A stretch of DNA of 64,000 nt, from positions 5,936-69,935 of the forward strand of contig JBEKFH010000001.1 in the NCBI GenBank assembly GCA_050013415.1, given 5' to 3'. The DNA is from Streptosporangiaceae bacterium (lineage in GTDB: Bacteria > Actinomycetota > Actinomycetes > Streptosporangiales > Streptosporangiaceae). Below the pieces are notes generated by a model. The model was not told where the DNA came from. It was given only the letters and a program-made list of their open reading frames with translations, and searched no databases. Shown one piece after another: positions 1-8,175 of this stretch. Both the position numbers and the translations under genes were made by a program. Within the stretch, counting starts at the first letter, position 1; each line of letters begins with the position of its first letter.

Positions 1-985
1 CGGTGTAGGTCACCGGCTGGCCGACCACCGGGGACGCCGGGGAGGAGGAGACGGCGGTCGTCGTCTGCGCGGCCGAGATGGTCTCGTCCTGGGCGGCCGA
101 GGCAGATGCCTGGTAGTTGCCGTCGCTGTTGTAGGCGGCGGTGACCGCGTCGGTGCCCGGCGCGGTGTAGGTGATCTGGCAGGTGGCGGTGTCAGGGGTG
201 GCCTCGTTCAGCGCCGCGGCGCTGCAGGACGATCCGCTGGTCCCGGTGAAGGTCACCGTCCCGGTCGGCGTACCCGAACCGGGGGAACTGGCGGTCACGG
301 TGGCGGTGTAGGTCACCGTCTCGCCGACCACCGGGGCCGGGTCACTGGTGGTGATGGAGGTGCTCGTGGCGTCTTCGCCGACCGGCACCGATGTTGCCGG
401 GCTCGACGTCGAGGCCTGGTCATTGGCGTCTCCGCCGTAGGCGGCGGTGACCGAGTCGGGGCTGGCGGCGCCGTAGGCGTAGCTGCAGGTGGCCTGGTCC
501 GGCACGGCGGAGTCGAGGGTCGCCACGCAGAGGGTCCCGCCGTCGCCGGCGATGGTCACCTGACCGGTCGGGGTGCCGGCGCCGGGCGCGACGGTGGCCA
601 CCGTGGCGGTGTAGGTGACCGGCTGGCCCACTACCGGCGACGCGGGGCTGGCGGCGAGCGACGTGGTGGTCTGGTCCTGGCTGATCGTCTCGCTCACCGG
701 GCCTGACGCGGAGGCGGCGTAGTTGGAGTCACCGCCGTAGGCGGCCGTGACCGAGTCGCTGCCGGGCGCGCTGTAGGTCGCCTGGCAGGTGGCCTGGTCC
801 GGCGAGCTCTCGCTGAGCGCGGCCGTGCAGAGGGTCCCGGCGCTGCCGGTGAAGGTGACCGTGCCGGTCGGCGTGCCGGTGCCGGGTGCCGCCGGTGCCA
901 CCGTGGCGGTGTAGGTCACCTGCTGGCCCACGACCGGCGACGCGGCGCTGGTGGCGAGCGAGGTGGTGGTGGTCACCGGCGACGC
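1..985 (-). repeat. Coding tandem repeat with an exact 300-bp period (Ig-like domain units), at least 3.3 copies, continuing past the window edge
   Basis: The marker ggcggtgtaggt(c/g)acc recurs at positions 1, 301, 601 and 901. Intervening sequence is conserved, and each unit encodes 100 aa. Confidence 0.8.
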
Positions 986-3640
986 GGTCGAGGAGGTGAG
1001 GGTCGTCACCATGATGTTGCGGTACAGGGCTGGATCGGTGGCCCCGATGGTGTACGGGGCCGAGGTGTTAGTGCCCAGCACCGTGCCGGCGTTCTGGATC
1101 GTCTTGGGTATCCGGTAGCCGGCGAAGACCATGGTGAGGGTGCCATTGGGGTTCTGCACGACGCTGGGGCCGTAGGCCCGGCCCGAGTAGTAGGCGCTGA
1201 TGCCGAGCGGGTCGTCCTGGCCCGCGGCCAGTTCGGTGTCCTGGGTGGCGGAGGCGGCGAACGAGTAGTCGGTGCTGATCACCGGCGTCGGCACAGACCA
1301 GTACTCGCCGTTGGCGGACGTCGCGTAGAAGATCTGGTTGAAGGCGTCGCTGTCCCCGTCGGCCGCCCAGGCGCCGGACAGGAACAGGCCGTAGCTGCCG
1401 TCGGGGTTGACGATGATGGATCCGGCCGAGCCGACCCACCGCATCTCGTCGAGGTCCGGGCTGCCGCCCGTGTCGGGGCCGCCGCTGGCGGGCGCAGTGC
1501 CATCGGCGGCATCGTTATTCGCGTAAGCGTTCAGGTTCGCCGGGCTGACGGTCGTCGACGGGTTGCTGATGTCGTCGTAGCTGCCCGTCGAGGTGCAGAT
1601 CGGGTTGCCGCTGGCGCAGTTGTTCTCGCCGCTGATGATGCCGCCGTTCGCCAGGCCGGCACTGGAGAACGTGGTGCCGTTGGTCGTCCAGGCGACCCGC
1701 AGCACGGTCAGGTCCTCGTTGTTCTTGTTCAGCTTGGAGATGTCGGCGGACTTGCCCTCGCCGGTGAGCGCCAGCGTGGCGGCCGGCAGGGTGGTGGCGC
1801 CGGGGGCGGCGATGTAGCTGTTCGACGCCCAGGTCCAGCCGTTGTCGGCGGCCGGGACCGTGCACCCGCTGAACGTCCCTGTCGTCTCGCTGAGGCCGGT
1901 GCAGGTCACCGGGATGATGGCCGTCGCGCCGCCCTGGGCGGACGGCTGGGTCGCGCCGATCTGGACCGTCCACGGGCCGGACGATGGCAGGTCGGCGGAG
2001 ATGTAGGGGCCAGGGGCGGAGGTGATCGACCCGCCCTTGGTGGAGCTGAAGGTTCCGCTGCTGAGCGTCTCGGCGGCGATGTAGTAGTTGAGCTCCTTCT
2101 CCGTGTACATCACGTAGGTGGCCCCGGACGGCACCGCGGCGTTATTGGGGTAGCTGGGCAGGGTGCCCACGATGCCGTCGGGTGCGACCAGGCCGCTGGT
2201 CATGCCGTCGCCGGCTGCCGGGTTGTCGGCGGTGGCCGGGATGATCGGGTCGCCGGTGATCGGCTCCAGGCCGGTGGTGATGGTGTCCGCGCTGTTGCCG
2301 GGGCCGGTCGTGCAGTTCTCGATCTTGGTCGTGGGGTTGGCGTTGGACTGGGCGCAGTAGATCGCGGTCCCGTTGAGGTAGAGCCGGTTGGGCGCGTTGT
2401 TGTTGAACGTGGTCCCGGTGAGCGGGTCGGCAAAGCCGGAGTTACCGGACGTCGAGTCGATCGTGAACGAGGCCAGCCCGCCGTCGCCGTTGGTGGTGTT
2501 CGGGCCGGCCGGGACGACCAGGCCCACGTCCGAGCTGGGCGTGGTAAAGCCAAGCACCTGCTCGATCAGGTCGCCCGCCTGGACGCTGACGCTGCTGCCC
2601 GAGGCGGTGGTGCACCCGGTCAGCGAGCTGGCGCCCAGCCCGGTGCAGGTGATCACGGTGGGCACGCCGGGGGTCTGGGTGAGGTCGACGAAGCTGCCGG
2701 TGACCAGCTGCTCGGGTGAGCCCGCCGTGCCCAGCGAGGTGACCGGGATGCTCACCGCCGGGCCGCTGGTCACGCTGATCGCCGGGGTCCCCGCCGGGAC
2801 GAAGGCATCGGGGTCGATCCCGGTCTGCTCCGTGGCGGGCAGCCCCCTCAGCGGGTTGGCCTGGGTGGGGCTGAACTGGTGGACGATCATGCCCACGCCC
2901 TGCATGTCGCCGGCCGCCCGCGGCAGGGTGTACAGGTAGGTGTTACCGCCGATAGTGAGCACGTTGGCGTGCCCCTCGCCGTCGTCGTTGATGTCCGCCG
3001 ACGGGCAGTACCCCGGGTTCTGCTCCAGCGCCTCCCCGTCGTAGGTCCAGTCCTGGCCGTTGTCCGTCGAGGTCGCGGCGACCAGCGCCTCGTCGGCGTC
3101 CTTGGGCCGGTAGTCGAAGTAGCCGGTCAGCGTGCCGTCGGCATTCCGGATCACGTGCGGGAAGTAGGCGGGGGCGAAAGGCAGCGTCGTGCCGGCCGGC
3201 TGGCGGGCCGGGGATCCGCCGGACGCGGTGACCTGGTTGCCGGTGCCGCAGTAGCCAGCCAGCGGGCCCGGGGTGCCGACCGTGCCGCTCGGGTAGGGCG
3301 CGACCCCGTCGGTGCCGCTCCCGGCGCCGGGATAGACCGCCACGTTGGGCTCGGCGGTGGCCCCGGACCCGGTGGTGGCGCCGCCCGGCGTGTAGGTCGG
3401 CAGCAGCGTTCCCGGCGCCTGGCTGGCGTAGGCCGGCGAGGCGGGGTCGCCCTGGGCCTCGTTCCAGGGCGCGGCGCTGGTCCCGCTGGTAATGGTGGCC
3501 ACGCTGGGCGGGCCCGGGGTGTAGGTGACGACGCTCCCGCCCGCGGCCGCGGGCGATGCGCTGAGCACCGCCAGCGCGGGGATGAAGGTGAATCCGCAGA
3601 TCACGACGGCAGGCAGGCAGAGAGCGCGGGACCGGCGCAT
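1..3640 (-). CDS. Large secreted protein (3' end runs off the window): signal peptide, propeller/glycosidase-like N-terminal region, C-terminal tandem Ig-like domains
   Basis: Absent from the ORF track because no stop lies inside the window. The minus frame starting at ATG 3640-3638 (MRRSRALCLPAVVICGFTFIPALAVLSASPAAAGG, GAAGGGA upstream) stays open to position 1 in my hand translation. No other ORF is listed in that frame over 3.6 kb. The C-terminal part is made of 100-aa units: PVVGQPVTYTATV..GTPTGTVTF.G....C.A.L......A.C...Y...G.D.VTA.Y.GD.N...S. All listed ORFs at 1068-3701 are shadow frames. Confidence 0.75.
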   Translation of the reverse strand, partial: MRRSRALCLPAVVICGFTFIPALAVLSASPAAAGGSVVTYTPGPPSVATITSGTSAAPWNEAQGDPASPAYASQAPGTLLPTYTPGGATTGSGATAEPNVAVYPGAGSGTDGVAPYPSGTVGTPGPLAGYCGTGNQVTASGGSPARQPAGTTLPFAPAYFPHVIRNADGTLTGYFDYRPKDADEALVAATSTDNGQDWTYDGEALEQNPGYCPSADINDDGEGHANVLTIGGNTYLYTLPRAAGDMQGVGMIVHQFSPTQANPLRGLPATEQTGIDPDAFVPAGTPAISVTSGPAVSIPVTSLGTAGSPEQLVTGSFVDLTQTPGVPTVITCTGLGASSLTGCTTASGSSVSVQAGDLIEQVLGFTTPSSDVGLVVPAGPNTTNGDGGLASFTIDSTSGNSGFADPLTGTTFNNNAPNRLYLNGTAIYCAQSNANPTTKIENCTTGPGNSADTITTGLEPITGDPIIPATADNPAAGDGMTSGLVAPDGIVGTLPSYPNNAAVPSGATYVMYTEKELNYYIAAETLSSGTFSSTKGGSITSAPGPYISADLPSSGPWTVQIGATQPSAQGGATAIIPVTCTGLSETTGTFSGCTVPAADNGWTWASNSYIAAPGATTLPAATLALTGEGKSADISKLNKNNEDLTVLRVAWTTNGTTFSSAGLANGGIISGENNCASGNPICTSTGSYDDISNPSTTVSPANLNAYANNDAADGTAPASGGPDTGGSPDLDEMRWVGSAGSIIVNPDGSYGLFLSGAWAADGDSDAFNQIFYATSANGEYWSVPTPVISTDYSFAASATQDTELAAGQDDPLGISAYYSGRAYGPSVVQNPNGTLTMVFAGYRIPKTIQNAGTVLGTNTSAPYTIGATDPALYRNIMVTTLTSSTASPVTTTTSLATSAASPVVGQQVTYTATVAPAAPGTGTPTGTVTFTGSAGTLCTAALSESSPDQATCQATYSAPGSDSVTAAYGGDSNYAASASGPVSETISQDQTTTSLAASPASPVVGQPVTYTATVATVAPGAGTPTGQVTIAGDGGTLCVATLDSAVPDQATCSYAYGAASPDSVTAAYGGDANDQASTSSPATSVPVGEDATSTSITTSDPAPVVGETVTYTATVTASSPGSGTPTGTVTFTGTSGSSCSAAALNEATPDTATCQITYTAPGTDAVTAAYNSDGNYQASASAAQDETISAAQTTTAVSSSPASPVVGQPVTYT

Positions 3641-3829
3641 CCGGGTTTCCCTTCAACGGGGCTTTCCCAGGATTCTGAACAATGAGGTCTAACCCGGGCA
3701 ACGGGGCGGAGCCATTATCCTGAAGCGTTCACCCGACATTCGCGTGCCGTTCTTTCTGTCCCCTGCCGGGCCCGTCGTGCTGTCACCTGCCGGGCACGCC
3801 GGCGCCGGCCACCCCGCTGCGGCTCGGCC

Positions 3830-3930
3830 CCGGACGCCATGCCGGCTCTGCCCTGCACGCCATGCCGGCTCGTCCCCGGACGCCATGCCGGCTCTACCCC
3901 GGACGCCATGCCGGCTCTGCCCCGGACGCC
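3830..3930. repeat. Intergenic tandem repeat, 23-bp unit x 4.4 (ccggacgccatgccggctctgcc)
   Basis: Units at 3830-3852, 3853-3875 (diverged), 3876-3898 and 3899-3921, plus a partial unit at 3922-3930. The unit length is not a multiple of 3. The array lies between the divergent secreted-protein gene and the adenylase operon. Confidence 0.9.
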
Positions 3931-4007
3931 TGTGCAGCGCGTGACGCCAGCGGCGCAATGGCGGCCATCTGCCGGTGCGCCGCAAGGGCGCGGAGTGGCT
4001 GCTGAGT

Positions 4008-4047
4008 CTTGTCAAACCCTTGTCAAACGAGCCCGATCGAGTAAGGT
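4008..4047 (+). promoter_or_regulatory. Candidate activator site plus promoter: two 10-bp direct repeats (cttgtcaaac) 11 bp apart, overlapping a TTGTCA(-35)/16 nt/TAAGGT(-10)-like pair
   Basis: Repeats at 4008-4017 and 4019-4028. TTGTCA at 4020-4025 and TAAGGT at 4042-4047. Located in a locally AT-richer patch ~170-200 nt upstream of GTG 4216. Confidence 0.35.
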
Positions 4048-4215
4048 CAATAGCAGGCAGAACGTCCGTAATCGGCACCTGCATTGGTCGTGACAACGCC
4101 GCTTTGGGCGTTCCGCTAACTTTGCTGTGCCTTTAATGAATTGCCCAACAAGCGCAGCCGGTCGCCGGGACTGGTCAGCACGCTGGCCATGAGCGGGCCA
4201 GGAGGGTGAGGTCGG

Positions 4216-4335
4216 GTGACCGGAGGCGCGTACCCGCAGGTGACCAGAGGCGCTCACCCGCAGGTGACCGGAGGCCCGTACCCGCAGGTGGCCAGAGGCC
4301 CGTACCAGCAGGTGGCCGGAAGCCCTTACCCGCAG
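4216..4335 (+). repeat. In-frame tandem repeat, 24-bp unit x 5, each unit starting with GTG (VTGGAYPQ-type octapeptide)
   Basis: Units at 4216-4239, 4240-4263, 4264-4287, 4288-4311 and 4312-4335. Confidence 0.9.
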
Positions 4336-5757
4336 CTTGAGCCGGAGTGGGTAGACGAGGTGCTGCTGGCGGGCGCCGCGGATGATGCGTGCCTGCACCT
4401 GGCCAGGCCCGTCAGCCGGGCTGAGCTGCGCCGGCTCGTGGCCGAGCGGCACCGCGCGCTGGCTGACGCCGGCCTGCAGCGCGGTGGCTCTGTTGCACTG
4501 TGCCTGCCGCCGTCACTTGCGTTCATCACCAATCTGCTCGCCTCCTGGCAGATCGGCGCGCAGGCGTCCCTGCTGGATCACCGGCTCACCTCCTACGAGG
4601 TGGACGTCGCGCTGCAGCGGCTGCTGCCCCAGATCGTGGTGACGGCCGAGCGCTCCGACGGCGGCCCGCTGCGGGCCTTCGCCGAGGTCACCGAGCGCGT
4701 GCGCCCCTATCCGGGCAGCCCTGCTGCCACCACCCACGCCGTCATCCAGCTCAGCTCCGGCTCGACCGGCCCGTCGAAGATCATCGGCCGGGATGCCGCC
4801 AGCCTCGTCGACGAAGTGCAGCGCTACACGCTGATCGACGGCGTCCCGCGCGGCGGCGAGCGCATCGTCTCGCTCGCATCGATGGTGCACGTGCTCGGGC
4901 TCGTCGGCGGCCTGCTCTACGGCCTGCATGCGGGCGTGAACCTGACGATCCCGGCCCGTCTGACGGCAGATGGCATCCTGTCCGCCGTCGCGGCCGGCTC
5001 GCAGCCGACCACGCTGCTGGGCGTTCCCTTCCACATCGAGCTGCTCGCGTCGGTGCGCCACCCCCCGAGGCTGCCGCAGCTCACCGGCATGACCACCGGC
5101 GGCGAACTGGTCCGCGCCGACGTCCATGACGCATTTGTGGATCGCTACGGCGTGCGCCTCGGCAACATGTACGGGATGACCGAAGTCGGCGTCATCGCGA
5201 CCGACCTGTTCGGCGTGCACCGGCCCGCCGTGATGCCGGCCCCCGGCCTTGCCGTCCGCGAGCAGGACGGGGAACTGCATGTCTCGCTGCCGGCCTCGCC
5301 GTACCTCGGCGACCAGGACCCGGGCCGCTGGTCGGACGGCTGGCTGCACACCAGGGACGCCGGCAGCGTGGACGCCCGGACCGGGCTCGTGCGGGTACTC
5401 GGCCGCCGTGACTCCCAGGTCTCCGTCGGCGGCCTCAAGGTCGACCTGACCGAGGTCGAGCACATGCTCGCCGCGCTGCCCGAGGTCGCCGGGGCCGTAG
5501 TGGTGCACGACCACGCGATCGAGGCGTACCTGGTGCTGGCGGAGGGAGCTGAGGTGTCCGCCGTGGAGCGCGAGATCACGACGCGGCTCGCCGCCTACAA
5601 GCGCCCGCGGCGGCTGCACGTGGTCGGGCAGCTGCCGCGCACCGCCACCGGGAAGCTTGTCCGCGACCGTGCCGTGCTCAGCGACCATGCCGTGCTCCGC
5701 GACCATGCCGTGCCAAGCCAGTCTCCCCCGAAAGGAAGCGCCGACCATGATCGATGA
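4216..5757 (+). CDS. Adenylate-forming enzyme (acyl/aryl-AMP ligase or acyl-carrier-protein ligase type)
   Basis: 513-aa ORF with AMP-binding core motifs SSGSTGPSKII, YGMTEVG, TRDAG, GRRDSQVSVGGLKVDLTEVE and PRTATGKLVR. GTG 4216 is preceded by AGGAGG at 4200-4205. The first 40 aa are five octapeptide repeats. Confidence 0.85.
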   Translation: MTGGAYPQVTRGAHPQVTGGPYPQVARGPYQQVAGSPYPQLEPEWVDEVLLAGAADDACLHLARPVSRAELRRLVAERHRALADAGLQRGGSVALCLPPSLAFITNLLASWQIGAQASLLDHRLTSYEVDVALQRLLPQIVVTAERSDGGPLRAFAEVTERVRPYPGSPAATTHAVIQLSSGSTGPSKIIGRDAASLVDEVQRYTLIDGVPRGGERIVSLASMVHVLGLVGGLLYGLHAGVNLTIPARLTADGILSAVAAGSQPTTLLGVPFHIELLASVRHPPRLPQLTGMTTGGELVRADVHDAFVDRYGVRLGNMYGMTEVGVIATDLFGVHRPAVMPAPGLAVREQDGELHVSLPASPYLGDQDPGRWSDGWLHTRDAGSVDARTGLVRVLGRRDSQVSVGGLKVDLTEVEHMLAALPEVAGAVVVHDHAIEAYLVLAEGAEVSAVEREITTRLAAYKRPRRLHVVGQLPRTATGKLVRDRAVLSDHAVLRDHAVPSQSPPKGSADHDR

Positions 5758-6007
5758 GGTCCGCCAGTTCGTCCTCGACTCGCTGACGGAGATGAACTAC
5801 AGCATCGACGACATCGACGACGACACCGTGCTCGGCCCGGCCGGCGCCGACCTGGAGTCGCTCGCCCTCGCCGAGCTCGCCGTGCGGGCGGAGGACCGTT
5901 TCGGGGTGAAGTTCGACGACGCGGACGGCGAGATGCTCACCGGCATGACCGTCGGTGAGTTCTGCCGCGCCGTGGTGCTGCGGATCCAGCCCGCGTCGGC
6001 GCACTGA
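5747..6007 (+). CDS. Acyl carrier protein (small stand-alone carrier)
   Basis: ATG 5747 is preceded by GAAAGGAAG. The product is 86 aa with the carrier motif GADLESLALAEL. The longer start at 5657 in the ORF track lies inside the upstream gene. Confidence 0.8.
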   Translation: MIDEVRQFVLDSLTEMNYSIDDIDDDTVLGPAGADLESLALAELAVRAEDRFGVKFDDADGEMLTGMTVGEFCRAVVLRIQPASAH

Positions 6008-6009
6008 CC

Positions 6010-6516
6010 ATGCCCGGTGAACCGCCCATGCCCGGTGAACCGCAGCCCGTCCCCGGCCTGCCACAGCCCGTGCGCGGCCTGCCGCTGCGCCAGGACGTGG
6101 TCGCGATGCTCGCCACCTACGGTGACCGCCAGCCGGACCAGGTCCCGGAAGTGATCGACTCCCTGGAACTGGCCTGGCTGCTGCACCAGATCGAGCAGCA
6201 TTACGGCGCGCTCGACATCGATGACGACATGATCGCCCGCATGTCGACAGTCACCGGCGCGGTCGGCGTTCTGGCGGATCTGAGGGTCGGGTCATCGGAT
6301 GACTTATGCACCCGCCGAGGCTCCGGCGGCGACCGCCCGCAGGGGGGCGGGCACGGTGGTCGTGACCGGCGCCGCCGCCGCGTCCGCGTACGGCCGGGGA
6401 ACCGAGGCGCTGCTGTCCGGGGTGCTGTCGGGCCGGCCCGCCTTCGGGCCCGTCCAGCGGTTCGACATCACGCAGCGGCGAGTGCGCGTCGCGGCGGCCA
6501 TGCCGGGGTGCCCTGA
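6010..6516 (+). CDS. Second carrier-protein-like gene; the true 3' end is doubtful
   Basis: ATG 6010 lies 2 nt after the ACP stop. The carrier-like motif EVIDSLELAWLLHQIEQHYG is present and helical carrier-like sequence runs to about 6290. After that the frame reads Arg/Gly-rich junk and overlaps the KS gene by 217 nt until the first stop at 6516. Confidence 0.5.
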   Translation: MPGEPPMPGEPQPVPGLPQPVRGLPLRQDVVAMLATYGDRQPDQVPEVIDSLELAWLLHQIEQHYGALDIDDDMIARMSTVTGAVGVLADLRVGSSDDLCTRRGSGGDRPQGGGHGGRDRRRRRVRVRPGNRGAAVRGAVGPARLRARPAVRHHAAASARRGGHAGVP

Positions 6517-7474
6517 GCTACTCACCGAGGTGACCCGCGCCGCCGCTGAGGCGTGCGATGACGCTGGCCTTTCGCCGTCCGGCCGCGCCTGCAGCCCGCT
6601 GTTCCTCGCCATCCACGGCGACCCGGCGATCGCGCGGGCGCCCGAGGCTGACCAGCCCGGCCTGGGGCCGGGGGCATTCGCCGCCGCGGTGGCCGGCCGC
6701 TGCGGCCTCGCGGAGCAGGACATCCGCTGCTACATGTCGGCATGCGTGGCCGCGAGCACCGCGATCGCCGACGCGGCCGCGATGATCGCCCGGGGCCACG
6801 CCGACCGCGTCGTCGTGGCCGGCGGGTACCTCGTCGACTCCGACCAGTTCGCGCTGTTCGACGCGGGCCGCGCGCTGGCTGACGACGGCCAGGTGCGCCC
6901 GTTCAGCGCCGGGCGGCGCGGGCTGCTGCTGGGCGACGGCGTCGGCGCTGTCGTGATCGAGTCGCGGGAGTCCGCGCGGGCGCGACGGGCGCCGCCGCTG
7001 GCGCGGATCGCGGGCTGGGGCCGCACCGGCGACGCGTACCACCCGTGCCAGCCGCGCCCCGACGGCCTTGGCCTGGCGCGGGCGATCACGGCCGCGCTGC
7101 AGCGGGCCGGCCTGGCAGCGGAGAATCTCGGCTACATCAACGCCCACGGGTCCGGCACCGGCCAGAGCGACCCGGCCGAGGCCAGCGCGCTGCGGCTCGC
7201 GCTCGGCGACGCGGCCCAGGCCGTGCCGGTCAGCTCCACCAAGTCGCTGCATGGCCAGGCCCTGGAGGCGTCCGGCGTGCTGGAGCTGATCGTCACGATG
7301 CTGGCGGCCCGCAAGGGGATGCTGCCGGTCAACGCCGGGTTCCTCGGCGCGGACGACAGCTGCCGCCTGAACCTCGTGCTGGACGAGCCGCTGGCCGCTA
7401 CCCCGGAGTTCGCGATGAGCCTCAACGCCGCCTTTGGCGGCGCGAACACCGCGCTTGTGGTCGGCCTGCCATGA
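6299..7474 (+). CDS. Beta-ketoacyl synthase, FabF/KS-alpha-like
   Basis: 391 aa. Has a GTVVVTG N-terminus, the active-site Cys in MSACVAASTAI, and His motifs INAHGSGT and KSLHGQALEASG. Its stop overlaps the next start (ATGA at 7471-7474). Confidence 0.85.
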   Translation: MTYAPAEAPAATARRGAGTVVVTGAAAASAYGRGTEALLSGVLSGRPAFGPVQRFDITQRRVRVAAAMPGCPELLTEVTRAAAEACDDAGLSPSGRACSPLFLAIHGDPAIARAPEADQPGLGPGAFAAAVAGRCGLAEQDIRCYMSACVAASTAIADAAAMIARGHADRVVVAGGYLVDSDQFALFDAGRALADDGQVRPFSAGRRGLLLGDGVGAVVIESRESARARRAPPLARIAGWGRTGDAYHPCQPRPDGLGLARAITAALQRAGLAAENLGYINAHGSGTGQSDPAEASALRLALGDAAQAVPVSSTKSLHGQALEASGVLELIVTMLAARKGMLPVNAGFLGADDSCRLNLVLDEPLAATPEFAMSLNAAFGGANTALVVGLP

Positions 7475-8175
7475 CTGGCCGGCCTGCCATGACACCGCTG
7501 GCACCGCTACCACCGCTGGCACCCGTGCGGCCGCTCGCGCCACCGGAACCGGTGGCGCCGCTGGCGCCCGTGGCATCCGCCGGCCTCGCCGCGCTGCACG
7601 CGGCGGCGGACACGGCCGGACTGACGGTCTTGTCGTCTGCGTCCTGGCCCGAGACGGACGCCGACAGCGAGGTAACCGCGCTCGCCGGATTCATCGAGTC
7701 CCATTTCAGCCCGCTGCTGGCCGAGGTCGCCGGGCGGGCCCTGCGCCGCCGCGGGCAGCCGCAGGCATCCGGGCCGCAGGCATCCGGGCCGCAGGCATCC
7801 GGGCCGCAGGCATCCGGGCCGCAGGCATCCGGCACGGTCACCGCCGTCGTGCTGGTGACGGCCCTCGGCGACGTGACCAGCGCGACCCGCGTCGCCGCCG
7901 CGGTGGACTCCGGCAGGCGGGTCGCCCCGCTGATGTTCTTCCAGTCCGTGCCGAACGCCGTGGCCGGCTACCTGGCCGCGCGATGGCACCTGACCGGGCC
8001 GGTCGTCTGCGTCAGCCAGGCAACCGCGGCACTGGACATCGCCGCGCTGCTGATCCAGGACGCAGACGCGGACGAGGCACTGGTGGTGTGCGCCGACCTG
8101 GCAGTAAGCAGCGGCGGCGGGGACCACGGCGCCGCCATTCTCGTGACCGGCCCAGCCGACACTGGTCGGCCGTGA
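7471..8175 (+). CDS. KS-like / chain-length-factor-like protein lacking the active-site Cys
   Basis: 234 aa from ATG 7471, the in-frame part of ORF 7045-8175. The KS N-terminal-like segment GPVVCVSQATAALDIAALLIQ aligns to GPxxxVxTACSSSL with the Cys replaced. There is no C-terminal His-His half. The protein contains (PQASG)x5. Confidence 0.6.
   Translation: MTGRPAMTPLAPLPPLAPVRPLAPPEPVAPLAPVASAGLAALHAAADTAGLTVLSSASWPETDADSEVTALAGFIESHFSPLLAEVAGRALRRRGQPQASGPQASGPQASGPQASGPQASGTVTAVVLVTALGDVTSATRVAAAVDSGRRVAPLMFFQSVPNAVAGYLAARWHLTGPVVCVSQATAALDIAALLIQDADADEALVVCADLAVSSGGGDHGAAILVTGPADTGRP
7759..7833 (+). repeat. In-frame tandem repeat, 15-bp unit x 5 (ccgcaggcatccggg; PQASG)
   Basis: Perfect units at 7759, 7774, 7789 and 7804. 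The last unit at 7819 has one change. Confidence 0.95.

Noticed and set aside
3689-4452. Several 60-146 aa ORFs in both strands across 3.7-4.45 kb
   Set aside because: They are generated by the 23-bp and 24-bp tandem repeats and the surrounding high-GC intergenic DNA. They have no motifs and overlap each other.
4513-5748. 411-aa minus-strand ORF, and similar long ORFs at 8012-9205, 10276-11004, 11081-12115, 12118-12993, 52732-54195, 54631-55995 and 56462-57991
   Set aside because: All overlap plus-strand genes that carry strong family motifs. Their translations are low-complexity.
7045-7470. Upstream extension of the KS-like ORF; similarly 18894-19241 for the CMD gene, 36757-36975 for the permease, 56102-56437 for the BNR gene and 5657-5746 for the ACP
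   Set aside because: The extensions overlap the preceding genes. Internal starts with an RBS or ATGA/GTGA coupling give proteins of family-typical length.
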